Below, in pieces: positions 10,175 to 18,421 of a stretch of DNA of 64,000 nucleotides. Each line of letters begins with the position of its first letter. Position 1 is the stretch's first letter. The notes below the pieces were generated by a model. It was not told where the DNA came from, did not search any database, and worked only from the letters and a program-made list of their open reading frames with translations. The translations under genes and the position numbers were made by a program. Source of the stretch: Patescibacteria group bacterium (GTDB lineage: Bacteria > Patescibacteriota > Microgenomatia > CAYGWK01); assembly GCA_049322615.1 (NCBI GenBank), contig JBMORX010000009.1, positions 57,120 to 121,119 on the forward strand, written 5' to 3'.

Positions 10175-12775
10175 ATGTCTTGGAAAAGGATTTGGAAAAG
10201 AAGAATTTCCCAACTTGGGGCTTATGCTTCACCTTCTCCTTACCGGCGGATTTCTGGGATCAGATTTATCTCAAATCTTTCCCTTTTAGGCTTTCTGGCA
10301 ATTGTTATCCTGACTTTTATCACCGCTTTTCTCTTTATTTGGTACGCCAAGGATTTACCAAGACCAGATAAGATTGTCCGCCGAGAAGGATTTTCCACCA
10401 AGATTTATGATCGCCAGGAGAATCTTCTATATGATGTTTTCAGTACCCAACGCCGGACGCCGGTTGAACTTTCCGAAGTTCCTTTATATCTGAGGGAGGC
10501 GACAATTGCCATTGAAGATAAAGATTTCTATAAACATCAAGGCTTTGATCCTAAAGGTTGGCTTAGGGCAGTCTACAACATCTTTATCCATCGCAAACTT
10601 CAAGGAGGTTCAACTTTAACTCAGCAATTGGTGAAAAATGTTTTACTTTCCTCTGAACGGACCCTGACCCGGAAAATTAAAGAATTTATTTTAGCAGTCC
10701 AGATTGAGAGAAAATATACTAAAGATCAAATTTTACAAATGTATTTAAATGAAGCCCCCTATGGTGGGACAGCCTGGGGGGTTGAGGCTGCCGCCGAGGT
10801 TTATTTTGGAAAGAAAGTTTCCCAACTAACGCTTGTTGAGTCAGCTATTTTAGCCGGTCTACCGCAGCGACCATCGCTTTATTCTCCCTTTGGTCAGGAT
10901 AAAGAAAGCTATAAATGGCGAACCGAGCAGGTTTTGCGCCGAATGAGAGAAGATGGATATATCTCCCGTGAACTTGAAATTGCTGCCAAAAAAGAGATCG
11001 CTAAAGTTGAGTTTGCCCCAAAAGGAACAAGTTTTAAGGCTCCCCATTTTGTCATGTATGTTAAAAAATTACTTGAAGAACGCTACGGCGAGAGGATGGT
11101 TGAACAGGGAGGACTTAAAGTGGTGACTACTTTGGACCTCGATCTTCAAGAAAAAGCCCAAGTTGCGGTATCAGAAGAGATTACTAAAGTGGAAAAACTC
11201 CATATAACAAATGGAGCAGCCTTGGTTTTAGACCCCAAAACCGGAGAGATTCTCGCCATGGTAGGCTCAAAAAACTATGATGATCCAAATTATGATGGCA
11301 AAGTTAATGTCACTTTATCTTTGCGTCAACCTGGTTCAGCCATAAAGCCAGTTACTTATGCGACTGCTTTTAAAAAAGGCTATACTCCTTCAGCCCTTCT
11401 TATGGATGTTAAGACTTCATTTCCTGGAGGAGATAAGCCGGAGTATATTCCGGAAAATTATGATGGTAAATTTCATGGTCAGCTTCAGGTTAGATATGCT
11501 CTTGGTAGTTCAATTAATGTCCCGGCAGTTAAAATGCTGGCTCGGGTTGGACTTCGAGATATGCTTGAGCAAGCCTATGATATGGGATTTACCACTCTTG
11601 AGCCTTCCCAGGAGAACCTTTCTCGTTTAGGTTTATCGGTAACGCTGGGAGGGGGAGAAGTCAGGCTTTTGGATATGGTCTCTGCATACTCTGCTTTTGC
11701 TAATGGAGGATTGAAGGTGATGCCAACGGCGATTTTGAAGGTAACAGATCATTCGGGTAAAGTTTTAGAAGAAGGCAAACCCATTCAAGGTCGAAAGGTC
11801 TTGACCCCAGAGCAGGCATATCTTATCTCAAACATTCTTTCCGATAATGAAGCAAGATTAATTACTTTTGGTTCAAGGTCTTCTCTTTATTTTGAGAATA
11901 GACAAGTAGCGGTTAAGACCGGAACCACTAATGATAAAAAGGATAACTGGACGGTAGGTTGGACCCCAAGTGTTATTGTTGGCGTCTGGGTTGGTAATAA
12001 TGATAATTCTCAAATGAAAGAGGTTGCCTCTGGAGTCTCGGGTGCCTCGCCAATTTGGCGAAGAATTTTATCTACTGCTTTAGAAGGAAAGCCGAAAGAA
12101 GATTTTCCAGTCCCCCAAGGGATCGTCAGTGCCGAGGTAGATAGTGTTTCTGGCTACCGAGCCCATGATGGTTTTCCTTCCCGAGTCGAATATTTTATCA
12201 AAGGCACCGAGCCAACAGGCGAGGATCCGGTGCATGTCAAACTTAAGGTTTGTAAAGCTTCGGGAAAGTTGGCAACTCCAGTTGATATTGCCCGAGGTGA
12301 TTATGAGGAAAAGGAATATTTCGTCTTTAAAGAGGATGATCCGACTGTTGCTCCTGGCGGGGAAAATAAGTGGCAAAAAGGAATTGATGAGTGGTTGGCG
12401 ACTCAATCTGATTCTCGCTACCACCCACCAACTGACTATTGCGAATCGCAAAATCAGATTGAGGTAAGAATAAAAGAGCCAGAAGACCACGCTCAAGTTG
12501 GTTCAAGTTTTAGAGTTAAAGTTGAGCCAGTTTCCTTAAACGAGATTGTTTTGGTTGAGATTTATGTCAACGGAGAAAATAAAGCAAGCATGACCAGTAT
12601 CCCTTATGAGCGCGATTTTACCCTGCCTGACGGAATTTACACCATTAAAGCTCGGGTTCGTGATAGCAAAGGAAACGAAGGCGAAAGAGAAATAAAAATT
12701 GGGGTCAATGTTCCCTGGGATTGGTCTCCTTCGCCCACGCCTACTCCAACCCTTTCCCCCACCCCAACTCCGTAA
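10175..12775 (+). CDS. mrcA: class A penicillin-binding protein (transglycosylase + transpeptidase) with a C-terminal Ig-like extension and PT-rich tail
   Basis: GT51 motifs EDKDFYKHQGFD and GGSTLTQQ; TP motifs SGSAIKP, SIN and KTGTT. Start moved to ATG 10175 (MSWKRIW, TM helix follows); SPSPTPTPTLSPTPTP tail. Confidence 0.88.
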   Translation: MSWKRIWKRRISQLGAYASPSPYRRISGIRFISNLSLLGFLAIVILTFITAFLFIWYAKDLPRPDKIVRREGFSTKIYDRQENLLYDVFSTQRRTPVELSEVPLYLREATIAIEDKDFYKHQGFDPKGWLRAVYNIFIHRKLQGGSTLTQQLVKNVLLSSERTLTRKIKEFILAVQIERKYTKDQILQMYLNEAPYGGTAWGVEAAAEVYFGKKVSQLTLVESAILAGLPQRPSLYSPFGQDKESYKWRTEQVLRRMREDGYISRELEIAAKKEIAKVEFAPKGTSFKAPHFVMYVKKLLEERYGERMVEQGGLKVVTTLDLDLQEKAQVAVSEEITKVEKLHITNGAALVLDPKTGEILAMVGSKNYDDPNYDGKVNVTLSLRQPGSAIKPVTYATAFKKGYTPSALLMDVKTSFPGGDKPEYIPENYDGKFHGQLQVRYALGSSINVPAVKMLARVGLRDMLEQAYDMGFTTLEPSQENLSRLGLSVTLGGGEVRLLDMVSAYSAFANGGLKVMPTAILKVTDHSGKVLEEGKPIQGRKVLTPEQAYLISNILSDNEARLITFGSRSSLYFENRQVAVKTGTTNDKKDNWTVGWTPSVIVGVWVGNNDNSQMKEVASGVSGASPIWRRILSTALEGKPKEDFPVPQGIVSAEVDSVSGYRAHDGFPSRVEYFIKGTEPTGEDPVHVKLKVCKASGKLATPVDIARGDYEEKEYFVFKEDDPTVAPGGENKWQKGIDEWLATQSDSRYHPPTDYCESQNQIEVRIKEPEDHAQVGSSFRVKVEPVSLNEIVLVEIYVNGENKASMTSIPYERDFTLPDGIYTIKARVRDSKGNEGEREIKIGVNVPWDWSPSPTPTPTLSPTPTP

Positions 12776-12805
12776 TAGTTTGTATTAGTCTGATGTCTTG
12801 ATTTT

Positions 12806-13219
12806 TTGAGGGAAAATGGTACAATTTTTCGGCAAATATTTTATTTTAATAGAATGAGTATAAGCAAAGAACGCCTCCCAAGGTTGCCAAAAGGATTGCG
12901 TGTCTACATCCGGCAGGTTAAAGCCGGGGCACGAAAAACAGGGGAAGACTGGGGAGACAAGGCTCTTCCAGAACTTTGTCTTTCGGATCTTTTAACACTT
13001 GTCCGACGAAGTGGTCAGGGAACTCAACGTTTCAAAGAGGCGATTGCAGCTGTTTTCACTGATACCGATAATTTGGATTCATTGATGAGGCTCCTTGAGG
13101 TTTCTCAAGAATTTGGTTTTCCGACCAGCTCAAACAATCATGCTCTTTTTGAAGCCACCCAGCGGGCGGTGATAAGGCAAATAGGTGAGCTTAGGAAGAA
13201 AAAGCCTCAAGAAGCCTAA
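12806..13219 (+). CDS. hypothetical protein
   Basis: ORF track; start may be the internal Met at 12854. Confidence 0.35.
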   Translation: MRENGTIFRQIFYFNRMSISKERLPRLPKGLRVYIRQVKAGARKTGEDWGDKALPELCLSDLLTLVRRSGQGTQRFKEAIAAVFTDTDNLDSLMRLLEVSQEFGFPTSSNNHALFEATQRAVIRQIGELRKKKPQEA

Positions 13220-15330
13220 AGAGTTTTAAGAATAGCGCCAAATTTGCTTTTTACTGCGGAAATTATTTTTTCTCTTATTTTCTCTACCTCTTTATCGGTC
13301 AAAGTTTTCTTAGGGTGCTGATAGATAATTCTGAAAGTTCGAGTGTCTCCATGAATATCGATTAATTCAACACTTTGAATAATTGAACTAGACACTTTAA
13401 TTAATTGAAGTAGATCTCCAATTAAAGTCTTTGGTGGAACAACAAAAGCCAAATCCTCAACAATAGCAGGATATTTGGGAATGGGGGTAAAGGTTTTAGT
13501 TTTTTTGGCAAGTAAAATTAAAGCTTCAAAATCAAGGTCAAGAACAACCGTTTTGTTTAAAATTTCGAAATTTGCCAAAACCCGAGGGTTGACTTCACCA
13601 ATTGTTCCTAAGACATTATTGGTCGTTTCCATAACCGCTGCTTTTCCCTGGCTAAAATAGGGCTCTCTTCCTACCCAAGGCTTAAAATGGATATCCTCAA
13701 TTCCCAAATGCTCGAAAATAATCTCCGAGATGCCCTTTAAGTAGGAAAAGTCTTCCCCAGTTACCAAACAAGTAAGTCTGGTTTTTTCCAGAGGGAGATT
13801 TCCTTTTTGGGGAAGATAAACATTAGCCATCTCAAAAATTTTCACTTTGGGAAAATTGGCTTGGTTTTGGGCGACTGTTTTAAGCAGACTCTCAAGAAGG
13901 GAAATCCTTAAGTATTCAAGATCGCTGGTGAGCGGGTTTTTGAGTTTAAGATGGTCTTCGGTCTTTAGTCCAGTTTTTTGAATTGAGTCTTTTCCGATGA
14001 AGGAATAATTGTAAACTTCGGAGAAGCCTTTGCCAACAAGCACCTCTTTAATTTTATTCTCATATTCAAAGAACATCCCTATTTTTCCTTTTTGAGGTTG
14101 AGGTTGGGGTAAAAGACCGAACAAAGGATGAAGCGGAGGAATATTGCCGGGAAGTCTAAAGTAGCCATAGATTCTGGCGATTTCCTCAATTAAGTCTTCT
14201 TCGTGAGATATGTCTTGGGCGCGAAAGCTTGGAACGGAGAAAGTGAGAAGTGCCGTGCGTCGCCAGAGGCTACTCGCCGTTGCGTAGCCACGCTTTGGCG
14301 GAGCGCGGTGCCGGCGGCGCGAGAAATGAGAAGTGAGAAGTGAGAAGCCAAGAGATTCAAGGATACTGATGATTTTATTCTTTGGAATTTCGATGCCGAT
14401 GATTTTATTGACTAAATCAAGATCCAGTTTGATTTTTTTGCTTTTTTGGGGATTAGGATAAATATCTATTAATTTACTGGCGACCCTTCCTTGGCAGAGG
14501 TCTTCCATTAGCTTTACTCCTTGAGAAATGACAGGAATAATTCCTTCTAAATCAATCCCTCTTTCAAATCTCACCGCTGCCTCGGTCCGGTGAGCCAGAG
14601 CCATCGACGTCTGTCTGATTCTGACGGGATTATAAGCCTGAACGAAGAAAAGGACTCTTTTAGTGTTTTCGTCTATTTGGCTATTTTCCGCACCCATGAT
14701 ACCGCAAAGATCAATTAATCTTTCTTTTCCATCCTCGATAACGATATCTCCACCTGGAAGGGTCCGGGTAGCCCCATCGAGAGTGGTAATTTTTTCTCCT
14801 GGTCGTGACAGCCTCATAATCATTTTTGCCCCAAGAATTTTGTCGTAATCAAAAGTATGGATTGGTTGTCCGGTTTCGATCATTAAATAATTGGAAATAT
14901 CAACCACATTGGAAAGTGGTCTGATGCCAACTTTTTCTAATCTCTCAGCCATCCATTTTGGAGAAGGGGCAACCTTTACCTGGTCGATAACGACAGCAGA
15001 AAACCGAGGACAGAGAGTCTCATCTTTGATTTCTACGGAAAGATTAAATTTTGGATTTTTCATCTCTAGAGGAAGAATCTTGGGTGATGCAAATTCCGCT
15101 TTTATACCGTATCCTGAAAGAGCCGCCGCCGCTTCCCGGGCGATGCCGCGAACCGATAAACAATCATAGCGATTGACAGTTATCTCGATTTCCAAAATCT
15201 GGTCATCTTTTTCCGAATGGATTTTTTCCACTGATTGGCTACAAAGAGAAAGAACTTCAGCCACCTTCTCTGGGCTTGCTTCAGTTTTAAGAAAGTCTTT
15301 CAACCAAGAAAAAGGAATAAGAATATTCAT
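13216..15330 (-). CDS. pheT: phenylalanine--tRNA ligase beta subunit carrying an in-frame 37-aa insertion encoded by a GC-rich repeat
   Basis: B3/B4, B5 and FDX-ACB-like blocks; lies downstream of pheS; insertion at 14237-14348. Confidence 0.88.
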   Translation of the reverse strand: MNILIPFSWLKDFLKTEASPEKVAEVLSLCSQSVEKIHSEKDDQILEIEITVNRYDCLSVRGIAREAAAALSGYGIKAEFASPKILPLEMKNPKFNLSVEIKDETLCPRFSAVVIDQVKVAPSPKWMAERLEKVGIRPLSNVVDISNYLMIETGQPIHTFDYDKILGAKMIMRLSRPGEKITTLDGATRTLPGGDIVIEDGKERLIDLCGIMGAENSQIDENTKRVLFFVQAYNPVRIRQTSMALAHRTEAAVRFERGIDLEGIIPVISQGVKLMEDLCQGRVASKLIDIYPNPQKSKKIKLDLDLVNKIIGIEIPKNKIISILESLGFSLLTSHFSRRRHRAPPKRGYATASSLWRRTALLTFSVPSFRAQDISHEEDLIEEIARIYGYFRLPGNIPPLHPLFGLLPQPQPQKGKIGMFFEYENKIKEVLVGKGFSEVYNYSFIGKDSIQKTGLKTEDHLKLKNPLTSDLEYLRISLLESLLKTVAQNQANFPKVKIFEMANVYLPQKGNLPLEKTRLTCLVTGEDFSYLKGISEIIFEHLGIEDIHFKPWVGREPYFSQGKAAVMETTNNVLGTIGEVNPRVLANFEILNKTVVLDLDFEALILLAKKTKTFTPIPKYPAIVEDLAFVVPPKTLIGDLLQLIKVSSSIIQSVELIDIHGDTRTFRIIYQHPKKTLTDKEVEKIREKIISAVKSKFGAILKTL
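14237..14348. repeat. GC-rich 74-nt hairpin core flanked by GAGAAGT/GGGAAGT heptamers, in frame in pheT
   Basis: core gtgccgtgcgtcgccagaggctactcgccgttgcgtagccacgctttggcggagcgcggtgccggcggcgcgag matches 56210-56312 exactly by eye; nested palindrome GGCTAC..GTAGCC. Confidence 0.85.
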
Positions 15331-15331
15331 T

Positions 15332-16366
15332 TTAAAATTGGTTAATAAATCTTAAATCAGGTTCATACAGGGGTCTTATGTCCGAAAGATTAAGTCCTGA
15401 TTTCATGAAATATGTTCTTTCCACCCCCCAGCCAAAGGCAAACCCAGAGTATTTTTTAGGATCGATACCGCCGTTTTTGAGAACTTCGGGATGAACCATA
15501 CCCGAACCCCCTAGCTCATGCCAACCACTTTTGCAAACTTTGCAGCCTCTTCCCAAGCAAAGAGGACAGTTGATATCTACCTCAAACGATGGCTCGGTAA
15601 ATTGAAAATGGAAGGGTCTAAGTCTTATTTTCCTTTTAGGACCGAAGAAATTTATGGCGAAGTAGTCAAAGACCCCTTTTAAATGAGTAATATTAATTCC
15701 CTCATCGATGACTAACCCTTCAAACTGATGAAAGGTTGGGGTATGGGTAGCATCCCAATTAGGACGACCACAGCGACCAATATTAATCATTCTTATCGGA
15801 GGTTTAACTCTTTGCATCTCTCTAAGTTGTCCCGAAGAAGTATGGGGAGTAATCACCATTTGTCCGTATTTGGGACTGGCTTTTTCTTCAATGAAAAAAC
15901 TTTCATAGTCGTCTCTAGCGGGATGGGTTTTGGGCATATTGAGACCATCGAAAGCGTACCATTCCCATTCAACCTCTGGATAACTGACTCGAACAAAACC
16001 GATTTTCTCCAAAACAGCGGAAATTTCTCTGATGGCTTGGGTGAGAAGGTGAAGGTGTCCTTGATCTAGTTTTTCTCCTGGTGCGGTGACGTCAAGCCAT
16101 TCCCTTTCAAACTCTCCCATTTTTTCTTGGAGTTTACCCTGAGCTTGCCGAAGGGTTTCTTCGATCGCTTTTTTGGCATCATTGGCCAGCCTGCCAACGT
16201 CAACCCTTTTTTCTAAGGGAATTCTGGGAATTTCTTTAATTATTAAAGTGAGTTTTCCTTTTCTGCCGAGATAAGCCTGACGAAGTCTTTCTAATTCTTC
16301 TTGATTTTTAGCGGAAACTATTTGAGCCAAGGCTTCATTTTTAAGATTTAAAATCTTTTCTTCCAT
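15332..16366 (-). CDS. pheS: phenylalanine--tRNA ligase alpha subunit
   Basis: class II motifs including GFAFGWGVER; 344 aa. Confidence 0.9.
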   Translation of the reverse strand: MEEKILNLKNEALAQIVSAKNQEELERLRQAYLGRKGKLTLIIKEIPRIPLEKRVDVGRLANDAKKAIEETLRQAQGKLQEKMGEFEREWLDVTAPGEKLDQGHLHLLTQAIREISAVLEKIGFVRVSYPEVEWEWYAFDGLNMPKTHPARDDYESFFIEEKASPKYGQMVITPHTSSGQLREMQRVKPPIRMINIGRCGRPNWDATHTPTFHQFEGLVIDEGINITHLKGVFDYFAINFFGPKRKIRLRPFHFQFTEPSFEVDINCPLCLGRGCKVCKSGWHELGGSGMVHPEVLKNGGIDPKKYSGFAFGWGVERTYFMKSGLNLSDIRPLYEPDLRFINQF

Positions 16367-16550
16367 AAGGCTATTATATACTAAAAACCTCCCTTTTAGG
16401 GAGATTCTTTTTGCGTTTTTGCGGTCCTAAAAATGCCAAAACCAACCTCCCCTTGGGCTTAAAGTGTCCTAAAGAAAAATGACACTTTGTCGGGGTTGGT
16501 TGGTCTTCGCATTGGAAATTATTATAGCAGACTATTTGAGCCTGTCAAGA
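16367..16550 (-). promoter_or_regulatory. pheST promoter plus leader-peptide transcription attenuator
   Basis: on the minus strand: TTGACA, 16 nt, TATAAT; leaderless ORF; long hairpin with FFF codons in its loop; a second hairpin CTCCCTAAAAGGGAG followed by TTTTT just before pheS. Confidence 0.7.
16459..16512 (-). CDS. Phe-rich leader peptide MRRPTNPDKVSFFFRTL (pheM-like)
   Basis: 17 codons plus stop, three consecutive Phe codons TTT TTC TTT, sits inside the attenuator. Confidence 0.6.
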   Translation of the reverse strand: MRRPTNPDKVSFFFRTL

Positions 16551-16575
16551 GGCAATTTACTCGGCGAATCCAGGA

Positions 16576-16618
16576 TAGTCCTGGAATCCTACTTGACACA
16601 GGATAATCCTGGGTTTTA
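16576..16618. repeat. REP-like element family A (paired hairpins CCAGGATAGTCCTGG), left flank of transposase 1
   Basis: palindromic units; the same family recurs at 17278, 24046, 26245 and 57032. Confidence 0.8.
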
Positions 16619-16629
16619 GAGTAGAGTTA

Positions 16630-17286
16630 GTGGTGCAGTATTATCATCTTTATAACCGCGGTGTAGACAAACGGGTTATTTTTCTTGACGATACTGATAG
16701 ACAGCGATTTCTTGATGCTGTTAGGTTAGCAAGACTTTCGAATTCGCCCAGGCTTTCTTGGTTAAAAAGACAAATTAAAATTGGTAACATTTCTCCAACA
16801 CACCTTGAAAAATTGGAAGAAAAATATGGACCACCTCTTTTAGATATCGTTACCTACTCTCTAATGCCTAATCACTTCCACTTTCAAGTTAAGGAACTGA
16901 TAGAAGATGGAGTGAGTCAGTTTTTTCGAAAACTGGGAACAAGCTATGTAATGTATTTTAATATTAAACACGAAAGAACAGGACGATTGTTTGAATCCCA
17001 ATATAGGTCTGTGTTAATAGGAACTGACGAGCAATTAATTCACCTTTCTCGTTATATCCATACCAATCCTTACAATTCTTCCAAGAGAGACATTTCTCTT
17101 GAACAACTAAAAACTTATTCTTGGACGAGTCTCCCTGATTATCTAGGTACTCGTAAGCAGCCATTTTGTGACCCTACGGAAGTTATGTCATTTTTTAACT
17201 CACCTGAAGATTATTGGGAATTTTTAAAGGGAAATATTGATAAAGAAGAAGTTTTGCCCCCCGAGCTACTACTCGATCCAGGATAG
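16630..17286 (+). mobile_element. IS200/IS605-type HUH Y1 transposase, REP-associated (RayT-like)
   Basis: HUH motif LMPNHFHF and a downstream Tyr (RYIHTNPY); 218 aa; REP-A copies on both sides. Confidence 0.8.
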
Positions 17287-17326
17287 CCCTGGATTCGTGC
17301 CTAGTCCAGGATAGTCCTGGATTTTT
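17278..17326. repeat. REP-like element family A, right flank of transposase 1
   Basis: ccaggatagccctggattcgtgcctagtccaggatagtcctgg. Confidence 0.8.
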
Positions 17327-17654
17327 GGGTGATGGCTTTGAAGGTCTCTGGATCGGAGATTGCCAAGTCGGCGAGGATCTTACGGTCAAGGTCAATTTTT
17401 GCTTTTTTGAGACCCGAAATAAAACGACTATAAGAAATTCCTGATTCCGAAAGTCTGGCGGAAATTCTTGTTATCCAAAGTCTTCGGAAATCTCTTTTCC
17501 TTAATTTTCTGCCAGCAAAAGCATATTCACCCGCATGAAGGACCGCCTCTGAAGCCGGCTTTAAGAGTCTATGCCGAGTCATTCTATAGCCACGAGCTCG
17601 ATGTAAAATCTCTCTGTGTTTTCGGTGGCGGTATGGTCCAGTTTTAACGCGCAT
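17301..17654 (-). CDS. rplT: 50S ribosomal protein L20
   Basis: MRVKTGPYRHRKHREIL... typical L20 sequence. Confidence 0.93.
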   Translation of the reverse strand: MRVKTGPYRHRKHREILHRARGYRMTRHRLLKPASEAVLHAGEYAFAGRKLRKRDFRRLWITRISARLSESGISYSRFISGLKKAKIDLDRKILADLAISDPETFKAITQKSRTILD

Positions 17655-17655
17655 A

Positions 17656-17856
17656 TTACCTCCCGAGTAATTTCTTTATTTTCTTGGCAGTCTTTCCTTT
17701 AAAAATCTTTGTTCTTTTTAGTCTTCTTAGTCTTGATTTTTTCTTTTTTGAGCGAAGATGGCGGGCAAAAGAGGAGCCACGTAAAACCTTGCCGGTTTTG
17801 GTGACCTTAAACCGGCGACTTATCGACTTTCTTATTTTCATTTTTTTCTTTGGCAT
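17656..17856 (-). CDS. rpmI: 50S ribosomal protein L35
   Basis: MPKKKMKIRKSISRRFKVTKTGKV... Confidence 0.9.
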   Translation of the reverse strand: MPKKKMKIRKSISRRFKVTKTGKVLRGSSFARHLRSKKKKSRLRRLKRTKIFKGKTAKKIKKLLGR

Positions 17857-18397
17857 TTTTTCCTCCCTGCCTGTCGGCAGGCAGACCTTTAACTGGAGAA
17901 AAAGTCAAAACCAAATCTTTCCCAAGCCATTTTGGTTCTCCCTCGGTTTGGCAAAACCTGGAGAGTGCCTCTGTAAATTTCTTTATTAGATTATATCCGA
18001 ATTCTTTTTTCCCAAGCTGTCTCCTTGTGAATCTGACGACAACCCGAACCTTATTCCCCTCTTTCAAAAATTCTTCGGCTCTTCTTACCCTAAAGTCAAA
18101 GTCTCCCTGGGCGATAAAGGGAGTAAGCCTAATTCCTTTTATTTCTCCTCCCTTAATTCCTCTTTTTGCTTTTCTTTCTTTCTTTTCCTCAAGGTAGCGG
18201 AATTTCTTAAAATCTATTATTTTGGCAACCGGAGGCTGAGCCGTCGGAGCAATCTCAACCAGATCAACCTGTTTCTCTTTTGCTTTCTCCAGCGCTTCCG
18301 AAAGAGTTAAAATTCCAACTTGCTTTCCATTCTCATCAATTACTCTTAATTTCGGAGCCCTGATGTACTGATTAATTCTATAAAACTTTCCCGCCAC
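17807..18397 (-). CDS. infC: translation initiation factor IF-3; the start codon is uncertain and the 3' end overlaps rpmI by 50 nt
   Basis: IF3 N- and C-domain blocks (RVIDENGKQVGI, DFDFRVRRAEEFL). Confidence 0.85.
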   Translation of the reverse strand: MAGKFYRINQYIRAPKLRVIDENGKQVGILTLSEALEKAKEKQVDLVEIAPTAQPPVAKIIDFKKFRYLEEKKERKAKRGIKGGEIKGIRLTPFIAQGDFDFRVRRAEEFLKEGNKVRVVVRFTRRQLGKKEFGYNLIKKFTEALSRFCQTEGEPKWLGKDLVLTFSPVKGLPADRQGGKNAKEKNENKKVDKSPV

Positions 18398-18421
18398 CTT
18401 GTTTTTTAAATAATATCAGAG

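Noticed and set aside
16367-16620. T-box riboswitch upstream of pheS, thrS or tyrS
   Set aside because: The conserved T-box sequence (AGGGTGGNACCGCG) and a specifier-loop architecture were not found. Leader-peptide attenuators explain the structures for pheS and thrS. tyrS has only a short 5' UTR.
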